A DNA stretch of 64,000 nucleotides, taken from the NCBI GenBank assembly GCA_963786105.1, contig CAWAXX010000023.1, positions 192,001 through 256,000 of the forward strand. Direction: 5' to 3'. The position numbers were made by a program, and so were the translations under genes. The notes below the pieces were generated by a model that saw only the letters and a program-made list of their open reading frames with translations, was not told where the DNA came from and ran no database searches. Every line of letters starts with the position of its first letter. The stretch's first letter is position 1. Source of the stretch: Vulcanimicrobiota bacterium. Its GTDB lineage: Bacteria; Vulcanimicrobiota; Vulcanimicrobiia; Vulcanimicrobiales; Vulcanimicrobiaceae. This document shows positions 10,144 through 19,282 of the stretch, in pieces.

Positions 10144-10566
10144 ATGACGTTCGCCGCGCACATGCGTATCGGTACGCTCGAGATCACCGCCGCACTTTTG
10201 GCAGTCGCCGTCGTGGCGGCACGGCCGCGAGTGCGCGCGGCAGCCGAAATCGGACGCATGCTGCCGATGCGGGTAACCTTGGACGTCGTCGAATTCCAAA
10301 AAGCGCGTTCGTACGAAGGGCGGCCGCCGTTCGAAGTCGGACGCGGCCGCGAACTGGACCTCGTGTTGCGCGACCCGGAAGTAAGCCGGCGGCACGCGCG
10401 CTTTGAGAGCCAAAACGGCGTCGTCTACGTGGCCGACCTGCACAGCAGCAACGGAACCTTTCTGAACGGACGGCGGGTCGCCGAGGCGATCGAAATTCGC
10501 GAAGGCGATACGGTCGATGCCGGAACGACGCGCATGCTGGTGAAATCCATCCGCCCATGGAGTTAG
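10144..10566 (+). CDS. Membrane-anchored FHA domain protein (FhaB/FipA-like)
   Basis: N-terminal hydrophobic helix; VGR, VSRRHA, DLHSSNGT. Confidence 0.85.
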   Translation: MTFAAHMRIGTLEITAALLAVAVVAARPRVRAAAEIGRMLPMRVTLDVVEFQKARSYEGRPPFEVGRGRELDLVLRDPEVSRRHARFESQNGVVYVADLHSSNGTFLNGRRVAEAIEIREGDTVDAGTTRMLVKSIRPWS

Positions 10567-10570
10567 GGTC

Positions 10571-11317
10571 GTGGACGTAGCGATTCGGGGCGATCGAGCC
10601 TCGTGCTTGACGATGCAGCTCGGACCACGGACGTGGCTTCTGGCGGTGACGCGCGGATTCGGCTCGGTCGACGGCGTCCCAACCGAACGTGCGCTCCTGT
10701 CCGAGCTCCGCGGCGAGTGCGAGCGGCGCTTGCGGCGGGAGCGCTTTCGCCGGGCCGTCGACCGCCCTCCCGCGGCGGCCACCGCGGTTCTGGCGGCGCT
10801 CGCGCGCGTCAACGGCGAGATCTACGGGCGAACTGCGGGCCACGACGACTACGTCACCGCTGCGTGCTCCCTTACGGCGGTGCTGATCGTGCGGGGACAT
10901 GCGTACGTCATGCATTGCGGCGGCACTGCTGCGTACCTCGCTCATAACGGCGACGTCACGTCCCTCTCGGGCGACGACACGTTCGACGACGCAGCGCTGC
11001 CATTGCTGTCACGAGCCCTCGGCACGAGCGCCACCCTCGACGTTGCCGTTTCCAGCGTGATGCTGGATGCGGGCGACGTCGTCGTTCTGCTTGGACGGCG
11101 GGTGCCTGGCGACATCGATCGCCGCGCGCTCATCGCCCACGTGGAAGCGGCCGGCCCGGCGGAACACGTCCTGGTCGCTCGGTTCGAGCCCGACGACGCC
11201 GTCGACGAAAGCGGAGTCGCCGTCGAGCGGCGGCGATCGCGTTTCGCATTGCTTCCGGTGTTGGTTCGAGCCGCGATCGCCGTCTTGCTCGTCCTCGCGA
11301 TGGTGTTGGCGCACTGA
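10571..11317 (+). CDS. PP2C/PstP-fold protein lacking catalytic residues, C-terminal TM helix
   Basis: PstP position between FHA genes and rodA; SLTAVL, HCGGTAAY, LSRALG resemble PP2C motifs but the Asp ligands are missing. Confidence 0.7.
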   Translation: MDVAIRGDRASCLTMQLGPRTWLLAVTRGFGSVDGVPTERALLSELRGECERRLRRERFRRAVDRPPAAATAVLAALARVNGEIYGRTAGHDDYVTAACSLTAVLIVRGHAYVMHCGGTAAYLAHNGDVTSLSGDDTFDDAALPLLSRALGTSATLDVAVSSVMLDAGDVVVLLGRRVPGDIDRRALIAHVEAAGPAEHVLVARFEPDDAVDESGVAVERRRSRFALLPVLVRAAIAVLLVLAMVLAH

Positions 11318-11346
11318 TTTTCGCGGGCGCTCGGCGGTTCGCGCCG

Positions 11347-12579
11347 ATGGCCGGAGCGCTGGCGGTCGGGGCGGTCATCCTATCGTTTGCTCCGCCCGGC
11401 GCTCTTGGTCCATGGTGGGTCATGCTTGCGTTGGCGGCGCTGGCGCTGGCGTGGGTCGGACTTGCGCCGGCGACCACCGTACGCGACGACGCGCTGCCGG
11501 CGCTCGCGATCGTACTCTCGGCGCTCGGCCTGGCGGTCGTGGCGCGGCTGTCGCCGGCACTGGCACAGAAGCAACAGGCTTGGCTCCTTCTCTCGCTCGT
11601 GCTCGCGATTGCCGCCGGTCCCGCGTTCACCCATTTTCGCCGTTTCGCAGCTTACAAGTATTTGTGGGTCATCGCATCGCTGGTGCTTTTCGGCCTGATG
11701 CTCGCCTTCGGCGAGGAAGTCAACGGCGCGCGGTTATGGATACGCGTCGGGAGCGTGCAATACGAGCCGATCGAACTGATCAAACTTTTCATCGTGTTGT
11801 TCCTCGCGGCGTACTTGGCCGAAATGGCCGACGTGATCGCCAACGCCCGGCCGTGGTCGCTACAAGCAAACCTGAAATACTTGGGGCCGCTCTTCATTGG
11901 ATGGGGAGCGTCGATGGCGATCCTCGTCGTTCAACACGATCTGGGGATGGCGACGCTTCTGCTGGCGACGTTTGCGACGCTGCTGTTCGTCGCGACACGC
12001 CGTATCGACATCGTGGCGCTCGGAGCGGGCATTTTTGCGATCGCGGCCTACTGGGCCTCGCGTCACTTTGCCTACGTGCACACGCGCATCGCTGTATGGC
12101 AGAATCCATTCTCGGATCCGCTGGGGGCCGGCTATCAATCGTCGCAAGCGTACTATGCGATGGCGGCCGGGGGTCTCTTTGGTACCGGGTACCGTCTCGG
12201 ACATCCGAACTTCATTCCGGACGTGGCGACCGACTACGTGTACGCCGCCTTTTCCGAGGAGTTCGGTATCGTTGGGGCGTTGATCGTGCTCGCGATTTTC
12301 ATCGGACTCGTGCGCCGCATTCTGGCGGTCGGGCTCGAACAGCCGGACCTTTACACGAAGCTGCTCGCGGTCGGTTTAGGGACGACCCTGGGCGTGCAAG
12401 TATTCGTCATCGTTGGAGGCGTAGTGGGCGTTTTTCCGCTTACCGGCATCACCTTGCCGTTCATCTCCTACGGCGGCAGCTCGCTCGTCGCCAACTTTCT
12501 GTTGATCGCGCTCGCGTGGTCGATGAGCGCACGGCCGCTCGCGGTGCAACGCGGACCCGGGAAAACGCGCGTACCGTGA
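11347..12579 (+). CDS. rodA: SEDS family (RodA/FtsW) peptidoglycan glycosyltransferase
   Basis: Multi-TM; NGARLWI, QYEPIELIKL, HDLG, GYQ, TDYVYAAFSEEFG, PLTGITLPFISYGGSS. Confidence 0.9.
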   Translation: MAGALAVGAVILSFAPPGALGPWWVMLALAALALAWVGLAPATTVRDDALPALAIVLSALGLAVVARLSPALAQKQQAWLLLSLVLAIAAGPAFTHFRRFAAYKYLWVIASLVLFGLMLAFGEEVNGARLWIRVGSVQYEPIELIKLFIVLFLAAYLAEMADVIANARPWSLQANLKYLGPLFIGWGASMAILVVQHDLGMATLLLATFATLLFVATRRIDIVALGAGIFAIAAYWASRHFAYVHTRIAVWQNPFSDPLGAGYQSSQAYYAMAAGGLFGTGYRLGHPNFIPDVATDYVYAAFSEEFGIVGALIVLAIFIGLVRRILAVGLEQPDLYTKLLAVGLGTTLGVQVFVIVGGVVGVFPLTGITLPFISYGGSSLVANFLLIALAWSMSARPLAVQRGPGKTRVP

Positions 12580-13013
12580 AAACCGTGGGTATCGCGACGA
12601 TCGCGTTGGCGTGCCTGCTGAGCGCCTGTTCGAGGGAAGCCCCGGTACGGAGCGCCGCCTCGACGGCCGCTCAACTCAACGACCCGGCGTCGTCGAGCGA
12701 CGGAGCGCGCATCTACATTACGAACTGCTCGAGCTGCCACCAGCTGGACGGCCGAGGGGTAGCGGGCGCTTTCCCGGCGTTAGCGGGTAATCCGGCCGTC
12801 ACCGGAGACCCGCGCGCGGTCGTTGCCGACGTCAAGTTCGGCCTGCGCGCACGTAGCCGTGCGAACCGCGAAGGGTTCGCCGTGATGCCGGCGTGGCAAG
12901 GTCTGCTTTCCGACGAAGATATCGCCGCGGTCGTCACTTACGTCCGGTTTGCGTGGCACAACCACGCTTCGGCAGTCACGCCCGCGGAAGTCACGTCGGT
13001 AGGCGGGCGATAG
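12576..13013 (+). CDS. Lipoprotein monoheme cytochrome c
   Basis: GTG overlapping rodA stop; LLSA-C lipobox; NCSSCH; FPALAG; distal MPAW. Confidence 0.88.
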   Translation: MKTVGIATIALACLLSACSREAPVRSAASTAAQLNDPASSSDGARIYITNCSSCHQLDGRGVAGAFPALAGNPAVTGDPRAVVADVKFGLRARSRANREGFAVMPAWQGLLSDEDIAAVVTYVRFAWHNHASAVTPAEVTSVGGR

Positions 13014-13024
13014 CCGCCCAACCC

Positions 13025-13041
13025 TTTACACAAAGTTTACA
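13025..13041. promoter_or_regulatory. Direct repeat TTTACA-N5-TTTACA, OmpR-family (WalR/PhoP-type) box candidate
   Basis: Two identical hexamers at 11-bp period; reverse strand reads TGTAAA-N5-TGTAAA. Confidence 0.4.
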
Positions 13042-13059
13042 TATCTTCCCCGGGCCGAT

Positions 13060-13437
13060 TTGGTCTGCGCTAAGAGTGAACGCCGCGACCTCCTCTTAGA
13101 AGCATGGCAGGCAACGCCCGTTGCTTCTTGGGGAGCGGGCGTCGCCGTCAAACAAAGCGTCGTGACCGGTTCGGTCGTCGACGCATCCACGGGCAAACCG
13201 GTTCCCGGCGCGATCGTTATGGTGGCACCGAACCACGAATCGAGCGACATCGCATCGATGCCGTTTGCTACGACCGGATCCGACGGATCGTTTTCGATCG
13301 CAAATGTCCCGTTCGCGCAGGCGGAGTACATCGTCGTCGAACCGCCGCGCGGCAGCGCGTACGCCGCATACCACGGGACGGTTTCCGCGGCAGCCGGCAA
13401 GATTCAGGCCGGCGTTATCCGGCTCGCAATTCACTGA
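13060..13437 (+). CDS. Carboxypeptidase-regulatory-like (Cna-B-type) domain protein, start uncertain or 5'-truncated
   Basis: VTGSVVDASTGKPVPGAIV...ATTGSDGSFSI; no signal peptide. Confidence 0.55.
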   Translation: MVCAKSERRDLLLEAWQATPVASWGAGVAVKQSVVTGSVVDASTGKPVPGAIVMVAPNHESSDIASMPFATTGSDGSFSIANVPFAQAEYIVVEPPRGSAYAAYHGTVSAAAGKIQAGVIRLAIH

Positions 13438-14011
13438 CCCGGAGTTCTCGAACGAAAAGCGTCTGGACGTATTCGAACATCTTCGGATCGATTCGACGCA
13501 GCCGCTCGCGCGTCGCGCGCGGCCACGGTGATGAAGGGTCGTTCACACCGACGTAGGCGCGCAGCGACTCGGCGAAGTATTCGTCGATGCCGGTCGCCGC
13601 GTAGGGCGTGACGAACGTACGAGCGTTCGCGAAGCTCGCACGGATGCGTGGATCGATGCCCGAGCGATACACCCCTCCGCCTAACGCGCAGTCCAACGCG
13701 TGTCCGAACTCGTGTGCGACCGTCATGGGACTGCGTGAACGCAGGTAGAGCGCGCGTTCTTCGACTACGAATAATCCCGCTGGAGGAGCCGGCCACGCAT
13801 CCACGTCGATGCCGAGACGGGCCAGCGCGGGCGATGCTGCGCGATACGGTTCACCCTGGCGCAAGAGCATCACACGAACCCGCGCGGCGTCAGCGTAGGC
13901 CAGCGGGCCGCGGCCGAACCGCAACAGCGTTTCGATCACCGCCCGTTCCACCGGCCGCGCCCGGTCGCCTTCGAAGAGCCGTTCGGCTACCCCAGTGGCA
14001 TCGATTTGCAT
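13415..14011 (-). CDS. Zinc metallopeptidase, anthrax lethal factor/Pro-Pro endopeptidase-like
   Basis: HEFGHALD plus PYAATGIDEYFAES; no signal peptide. Confidence 0.75.
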   Translation of the reverse strand: MQIDATGVAERLFEGDRARPVERAVIETLLRFGRGPLAYADAARVRVMLLRQGEPYRAASPALARLGIDVDAWPAPPAGLFVVEERALYLRSRSPMTVAHEFGHALDCALGGGVYRSGIDPRIRASFANARTFVTPYAATGIDEYFAESLRAYVGVNDPSSPWPRATRERLRRIDPKMFEYVQTLFVRELRVSELRAG

Positions 14012-14131
14012 CGGGCCATCGTCGCGCGGCCGGATTTCCCGGATGTGGCGTATGCATTTCAGAGTTTCTTCATCCGGCAGACGTAGCGTGATCTCACCTT
14101 GCTCATCTCCGGAAACTGTTGAGGTTCTTTT

Positions 14132-15277
14132 ATGTCTAGTTCACGTATAGGCACGCACGCGCGCCTCGTTGCCGGCTTGGCCGCCGCCATGTTGGTCGTA
14201 ACCGGTTGCGGCGCGCACGGCGGGAGCGGCATGCCGGCGGCCGGGGGACAATCCGTGCTTCCGCAGTCCCGCACCGCCGGCCGAAATGTCTCGCACGTTT
14301 CGGTGCTCAAACATCTGACGAGCCAAGTGGTCATCGGCTCCACGATCGATCCGGTCAACGGGTCCCAGAATCCCTACGGTTTGACCGTCGCACCGTCGAC
14401 GAACGGAAAATTCACTGCCGGCGACCTGGTCGTCTGCAACTTCAACTCGAAGTACAACCAGCAGGGCAGCGGCAAGTCCATCATCGCGCTGCACCCGACG
14501 CCCGGCTCGACCCCGATTCACATAACCCAAAACGCGACGACGCTCGGTTGCGACGCCCTTGCGCTCAGTCCCGACGATACGATTTGGGCCGCGTCGATGA
14601 CGGCGAATTCCAATCCGATCATCAGCTCGTCCGGAAAGTTGCTTTTCAACATTCAAGGAAAGCCGCTGAGCCAACCGTGGGGCCAGGTTTTCGCCCAGCC
14701 TCCCAGCGGTTCGCCGGCGTTCTACGAAACCAACGCACGGACGGGCACCGTGGTTCGCATCAACCTTGGGTCCAAGTTTACGTTTGACGTGATCGCCAAG
14801 GGCTTCCCGAGAAATCGCGGAGTTCCGGGAACCGCGCTCGCACCCTCGGGCCTGGCTTACGACGCGAACATCGACACGCTGTATTTTGCCGACGGAAAGA
14901 ACGACACCGTCGTCGCGATCAAGAACGTATCGAGCGTCCCGAACGGCGGCATCGTGGCTACGCATAACGGCATGACGTTCACGGGTCCAAACGCTGCCGA
15001 CGCGCGCGTCGTTTTCGCGGGTACGCCGCTGAACGGCCCGATCAGCACGGCGTTATTGCCCAACGGAAATCTCGTAGTCGGAAATACGCTCGACCCCGAC
15101 GGTACCAACCTGCTCATCGAACTTTCGGCCGACGGGCAAGTGCTCGACACGATCAACGTCGACACCGGACCGGCCGGAGCGATATTCGGTATCGTGGCGA
15201 CGGGCACGTCAAGCTCGGACACCAAAATCTATTTCAACGACGACAACGCCGCCAACGTTCAGGTGCTGGAGAACTAA
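14132..15277 (+). CDS. Secreted lipoprotein, probable beta-propeller (paralog of 15877-17037)
   Basis: VVTG-C lipobox; shared motifs NPYGL, GDLVVCNFN, PLNGPIS, KIYFNDDN. Confidence 0.8.
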   Translation: MSSSRIGTHARLVAGLAAAMLVVTGCGAHGGSGMPAAGGQSVLPQSRTAGRNVSHVSVLKHLTSQVVIGSTIDPVNGSQNPYGLTVAPSTNGKFTAGDLVVCNFNSKYNQQGSGKSIIALHPTPGSTPIHITQNATTLGCDALALSPDDTIWAASMTANSNPIISSSGKLLFNIQGKPLSQPWGQVFAQPPSGSPAFYETNARTGTVVRINLGSKFTFDVIAKGFPRNRGVPGTALAPSGLAYDANIDTLYFADGKNDTVVAIKNVSSVPNGGIVATHNGMTFTGPNAADARVVFAGTPLNGPISTALLPNGNLVVGNTLDPDGTNLLIELSADGQVLDTINVDTGPAGAIFGIVATGTSSSDTKIYFNDDNAANVQVLEN

Positions 15278-15308
15278 AAGCGGTCGGAAAAAAGAGGTGC
15301 CCACACCT

Positions 15309-15346
15309 AAGCGCCGGCGTTCGAAAGAACGCCGGCGCTTCGCTTT
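15309..15346 (+). terminator. Intrinsic terminator-like hairpin
   Basis: AAGCGCCGGCGTTC-GAAA-GAACGCCGGCGCTT, perfect 14-bp stem, then cgcttt. Confidence 0.8.
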
Positions 15347-15366
15347 ATCGTCCGAGGTTAACTATT

Positions 15367-15385
15367 GATAATGATTTTGATTAAT
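15367..15385. promoter_or_regulatory. Fur-family operator candidate
   Basis: GATAATGATTTTGATTAAT matches 14/19 of GATAATGATAATCATTATC, inside an AT-rich patch. Confidence 0.55.
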
Positions 15386-15456
15386 AAAAGGTGTATTTCT
15401 TTCTTCGCATTTCGCACGTTGAAGGGTCGGCGAACGTGCGGACGAAACACGGCGGC

Positions 15457-15774
15457 ATGCGCATCCAGTCGATTAGTGCCGCAGAATTGGTATTGGCCGC
15501 AAGTGCTTGCAATGCGGCAGGAACCAATCAGTCGGTACCTTTGACGCCTGCCGGCTCAAACGTTACCGGAATGCGGGGTACCGGTGCCAAGGCCAAGGAT
15601 GCCCGCGTGGTGTATTCGGGATCCGGAAACCTCGTGTTGGGAAACGCGCTGGATCCAAGCGGCAAGAATTTACTGGTGGAGATCGCTATTGCGTCGAGCG
15701 GTTCGTCGAACGCCACGACCAAGATCTATTCCAACGACGACAATGCCAATAACGTTCAAGTCTTAGAGATGTAA
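15457..15774 (+). CDS. Internally deleted 105-aa paralog of the flanking lipoproteins (mini-protein or pseudogene)
   Basis: ACNAAGTNQ, TGAKAKDA, GNLVLGN, TTKIYSNDDN are collinear with 15877-17037, separated by three in-frame gaps. Confidence 0.65.
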   Translation: MRIQSISAAELVLAASACNAAGTNQSVPLTPAGSNVTGMRGTGAKAKDARVVYSGSGNLVLGNALDPSGKNLLVEIAIASSGSSNATTKIYSNDDNANNVQVLEM

Positions 15775-15876
15775 TCGCTCGCGATCTGACTGTTTTCGGC
15801 AAGCGGCGCGATTCTGCATCGGGGCGGGACGCGTTGCGGCTACGAAGCCCGTAACTATGCTTTAAAGGAGTTTACA

Positions 15877-17037
15877 ATGCGCATTCGATTGACCTTGGCG
15901 GTTGCAGCGGTTCTGGTTGCCGGCGCCTGCAACGCCGCTGGAACCAATCAAGGTATACCGCCGGCGACCGCAGGCTCGACGCAAAGCGGGTCGGCCGACC
16001 GAGTTCAACCCAACGTCGATCATACGTCCGTCTTAAAGATGCTTACGACCACGGCCGTCATCGGATCGACCGTCGATCCGACCAACGGCGATCAAAACCC
16101 CTACGGTCTCGTTTACGTAAACGCGAAGCCGTTCGGGAAGAGCGTCTTGAAGAAAGGCGACCTGGTCGTCTGCAACTTCAACGACCAGGCAAACGTGCAA
16201 GGGAACGGTACGACGGTCGAATATATGCCGTCGACACCCGGATCTAGTCCGACTCGATTGATGCAAGACCCCTCGCTCAAAGGATGTGCGTCGCTCGTCA
16301 TCAACTCGTTTGACGAAGTGTTTGCGGCCAACTCCGGCGCCAAGAATGCCACCGGCATAAGCGCCGCTGGGAAGATCGTACAGACGCTGACGAACTCGAA
16401 GCTCCTGATCGAGCCGTGGGGCAGCGCCTACGTTCCGTCGCAAACCGGCTACCCGCCGGGAGACGGGCTTTGGGTCGGTGACGCGTCGAGCGGCAAAATC
16501 GTGCGCATCAACCTCGGTACGGGCGGCAAACCCACCTATACGCCGGTTATCTCGGGATTCGCCGTCAATCACGGCGTACCGGGCAGCATTCTAGGCCCGT
16601 CGGGAATGCAGTACAATGCGAAGAACGACACGTTGTACGTCGTCGACGGGGTCACGAATACGCTGGTCGCCTTCTCGCACGCATACAACGACCTTTTCCA
16701 AGCCAACTCGATCGTCGTAGGGTCGGACGGCAAGACCTTCACCGGTCCCAAGGCCAAGGATGCGAAGCTCATCTTTGCCGGGCCGCCGCTAAACGGACCG
16801 ATCAGCTCGACCCTACTGCCGAACGGCAACCTCGTGCTCGGCAATACGCTCAACAAAAACGGCAAGAATCTCATGGTCGAGATCGCCACCGACGGTACGC
16901 TGCTCGCCTACAAGAACGTGGACAAAGGGGCGGCGGGCGCATTGTTCGGCATCGTCGCGACCGGTACGTCCGACAGCACCACAAAAATCTACTTCAACGA
17001 CGATAACGGAAACAAGATCAAGGTCTTAGAACCGTAA
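15877..17037 (+). CDS. Secreted lipoprotein, probable beta-propeller
   Basis: AAGGAG RBS; VAGA-C lipobox; paralog of 14132-15277. Confidence 0.85.
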   Translation: MRIRLTLAVAAVLVAGACNAAGTNQGIPPATAGSTQSGSADRVQPNVDHTSVLKMLTTTAVIGSTVDPTNGDQNPYGLVYVNAKPFGKSVLKKGDLVVCNFNDQANVQGNGTTVEYMPSTPGSSPTRLMQDPSLKGCASLVINSFDEVFAANSGAKNATGISAAGKIVQTLTNSKLLIEPWGSAYVPSQTGYPPGDGLWVGDASSGKIVRINLGTGGKPTYTPVISGFAVNHGVPGSILGPSGMQYNAKNDTLYVVDGVTNTLVAFSHAYNDLFQANSIVVGSDGKTFTGPKAKDAKLIFAGPPLNGPISSTLLPNGNLVLGNTLNKNGKNLMVEIATDGTLLAYKNVDKGAAGALFGIVATGTSDSTTKIYFNDDNGNKIKVLEP

Positions 17038-19246
17038 ATCCAAGATCCGCGTCACGCCTCGGTGGCACGACGCGGACGGTCACTCGGTCGCGATCGCGGC
17101 CGTCGTTGGCTTCGAACGTCCAGGTTCCAAGTGTTACCGGCCAAAACGCGGTTCCGCTCGCATCGAGTGGAACCGCGTTGCCGTTTGCCGTCCATCGGAT
17201 CGCGCGCCCGGAATCGATCGCTCGCAACGACAATTGCTGCGTGCGTGCTTCAAGCCCGTTGACGGTGGAATTTCGAACGAAGACGTCTCCGGTACGCGGG
17301 AATACGATGCGTAGCCGCGAGGCGGCGTCGCCGGGATGGAGCGCGAGCCACGGATCGTATGCGCGCCCGAGCTCCACGGGCACCGCCCGGCGCACCGACG
17401 CGAGGTCGCGCGGCCGTACCCACTCTTGCACGACCGCGGGACAGCCCCGGTGCGGCGCGTGGCCGGTAGTCGCGCAGATGGAAGCGCGCACGAATCCGCT
17501 CGGCGGGTCGAACGGCGGGGGTTCGACGCGTTCATGCAGGTGCAGCATGATGCGATTCCAGAGCGGTCCGGCGCCAGTCACGCCGGAAACGCCGCGCATC
17601 GGAGTACCGTCGAAGTTGCCGACCCATGCGCCTACCGTGTAGTCGCGCGTAAAGCCGACCGTCCAGGTATCGCGAAAATCCGACGACGTGCCGGTTTTCA
17701 CCGCAGCCGGAAACGGCATCTCGAGGACGGAGTGAATGCCGAACGATTTAGCCCGAGCGTGCGGGTCGGCTAGCATGTCGGTCACCAGTTGCCACGTTGC
17801 CGGATCGCCGAGACGCGTTGCGGGCGGACGTTCCTCGGCCAACAGGTGCAGAGGAAGGACCGCGCCGTTGCGAGCCAGCGTTGCGTAGGCGCCGACGAGC
17901 TCCCAGAGACTGACTTCGCCGCCGCCCAACGTGAGACCCAACCCGTAGTACGACGGACGGTGGTCGAGGTGCACGAAGCCGAGGTCGTGCAGGCGCGCAA
18001 GAAAATGGTCGACTCCCAAGGCGGACAGTACGCGAACGGCCGGGACGTTGAGCGAGTTGGCCAACGCGTAGCGAACCCGAACCGGGCCGCTGAAACGGCC
18101 GCTGTAATCCGCCGGCTGGTAGAGCTTGCCGCCGGGAATGGCGTACGCCGCCGGCACGTCGGGAAGAATCGTCGTGGAGATGATGGCGCGCCGTTCCAGT
18201 GCGAGTTCGTACGTGAACGGCTTGAGTGAAGAGCCCGGCTGGCGCAGGGCGGTCACGCCGTCGTTGCGTCCGAGCTCTTCGTCGGAGAAATAGTCCGGAG
18301 AACCGACGTAGGCCAGAACCGCCCCGGTATGGTTGTCGACGACGAGCGCGGCCGCATCGGTGACGTGGTACGCTTGCAGAGCGCCGATGACGTCCTGCGT
18401 CTGTGCCTGCACGAAACGCTGAAGCGTCCGGTCGATAGTGGTTCGAACGCGGCCGCCGCGAACGTGAGGGTAGAGAAAGAACAGCGCGTGTGCGGCGTCG
18501 CCGATGCCGGTATCGTGGTTACGCACGTGCAGCGTTTCGCCGAAGGCTCGATCCGCACGCGGGCGCGAGATTTCGTGCAGTTCGACCATTCGGTTGAGGA
18601 CGTAGCGCTGACGCGCGCGCAGCGCCCGCCAATCGACGTCGGGCGCCAGGCGAGTAGGATCGTTCGGGATGGCGGCCAGCAGTGAAGCCTGTGCCAAGTC
18701 GAGATCGCCGGCCGATTCACCGAAGTAGGTGCGAGCGGCCGCCTCGACGCCGTAGAGGTTCCCGCCCATCGGAACGCGGTTTACGTAGGCTTCCAATATT
18801 GCCGGTTTGCTCGAGCGTATGGCGATCCGTTGAGCGCGCACGATTTGCACCAGTTTGCCGCCGAGTGTGCTGGGAGCCGGATGCAATAGCCGCGCCAACT
18901 GCATCTCGATCGTCGAGCCGCCGCTGCGGGCCTCGCCGAAGACCGCGAAGTCGCGCAGCGCCCGCGCCAGCGCGACGAGGTCGACCGCACCGTGACGCGA
19001 GAAACGCGCGTCTTCGGCCGCGACGATGGCGCGTAGAAATTCTGGGGAAACGCGTTCGAGCGGCACCGCGATTGCGTGCGTCGAGTCCGAGGCGAGAACG
19101 GTGCCCAGCGGCATACCGGTTCGGTCGGTGAACGTGACCGCTTCGTGCTTGCTGGGCAGGACTGAAACGTCGACGCCCCACAGATACGACGCCGTCATTC
19201 CCGCGGCGAAAACGAGCGTAACCAACGCGAGCGCAAAGAGTTTCAC
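17018..19246 (-). CDS. pbpC: Penicillin-binding protein 1C
   Basis: AAEDARF, SGGSTIEMQLAR, RQPGSSLKPF (SxxK), SLN, KTGTS; adjacent to macroglobulin. Confidence 0.93.
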   Translation of the reverse strand: MKLFALALVTLVFAAGMTASYLWGVDVSVLPSKHEAVTFTDRTGMPLGTVLASDSTHAIAVPLERVSPEFLRAIVAAEDARFSRHGAVDLVALARALRDFAVFGEARSGGSTIEMQLARLLHPAPSTLGGKLVQIVRAQRIAIRSSKPAILEAYVNRVPMGGNLYGVEAAARTYFGESAGDLDLAQASLLAAIPNDPTRLAPDVDWRALRARQRYVLNRMVELHEISRPRADRAFGETLHVRNHDTGIGDAAHALFFLYPHVRGGRVRTTIDRTLQRFVQAQTQDVIGALQAYHVTDAAALVVDNHTGAVLAYVGSPDYFSDEELGRNDGVTALRQPGSSLKPFTYELALERRAIISTTILPDVPAAYAIPGGKLYQPADYSGRFSGPVRVRYALANSLNVPAVRVLSALGVDHFLARLHDLGFVHLDHRPSYYGLGLTLGGGEVSLWELVGAYATLARNGAVLPLHLLAEERPPATRLGDPATWQLVTDMLADPHARAKSFGIHSVLEMPFPAAVKTGTSSDFRDTWTVGFTRDYTVGAWVGNFDGTPMRGVSGVTGAGPLWNRIMLHLHERVEPPPFDPPSGFVRASICATTGHAPHRGCPAVVQEWVRPRDLASVRRAVPVELGRAYDPWLALHPGDAASRLRIVFPRTGDVFVRNSTVNGLEARTQQLSLRAIDSGRAIRWTANGNAVPLDASGTAFWPVTLGTWTFEANDGRDRDRVTVRVVPPRRDADLGFTVLRP

Positions 19247-19282
19247 GACACTTCTTGTAATGATACGACGGCGAGGCCCCCG

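Noticed and set aside
11067..13013. 648-aa ORF suggesting a large cytochrome fusion
   Set aside because: Upstream part is an off-frame shadow of rodA; the real gene starts at GTG 12576 with a lipoprotein signal
13415..14011. Anthrax-type toxin
   Set aside because: Only the small catalytic zincin domain; no secretion signal or protective-antigen partner
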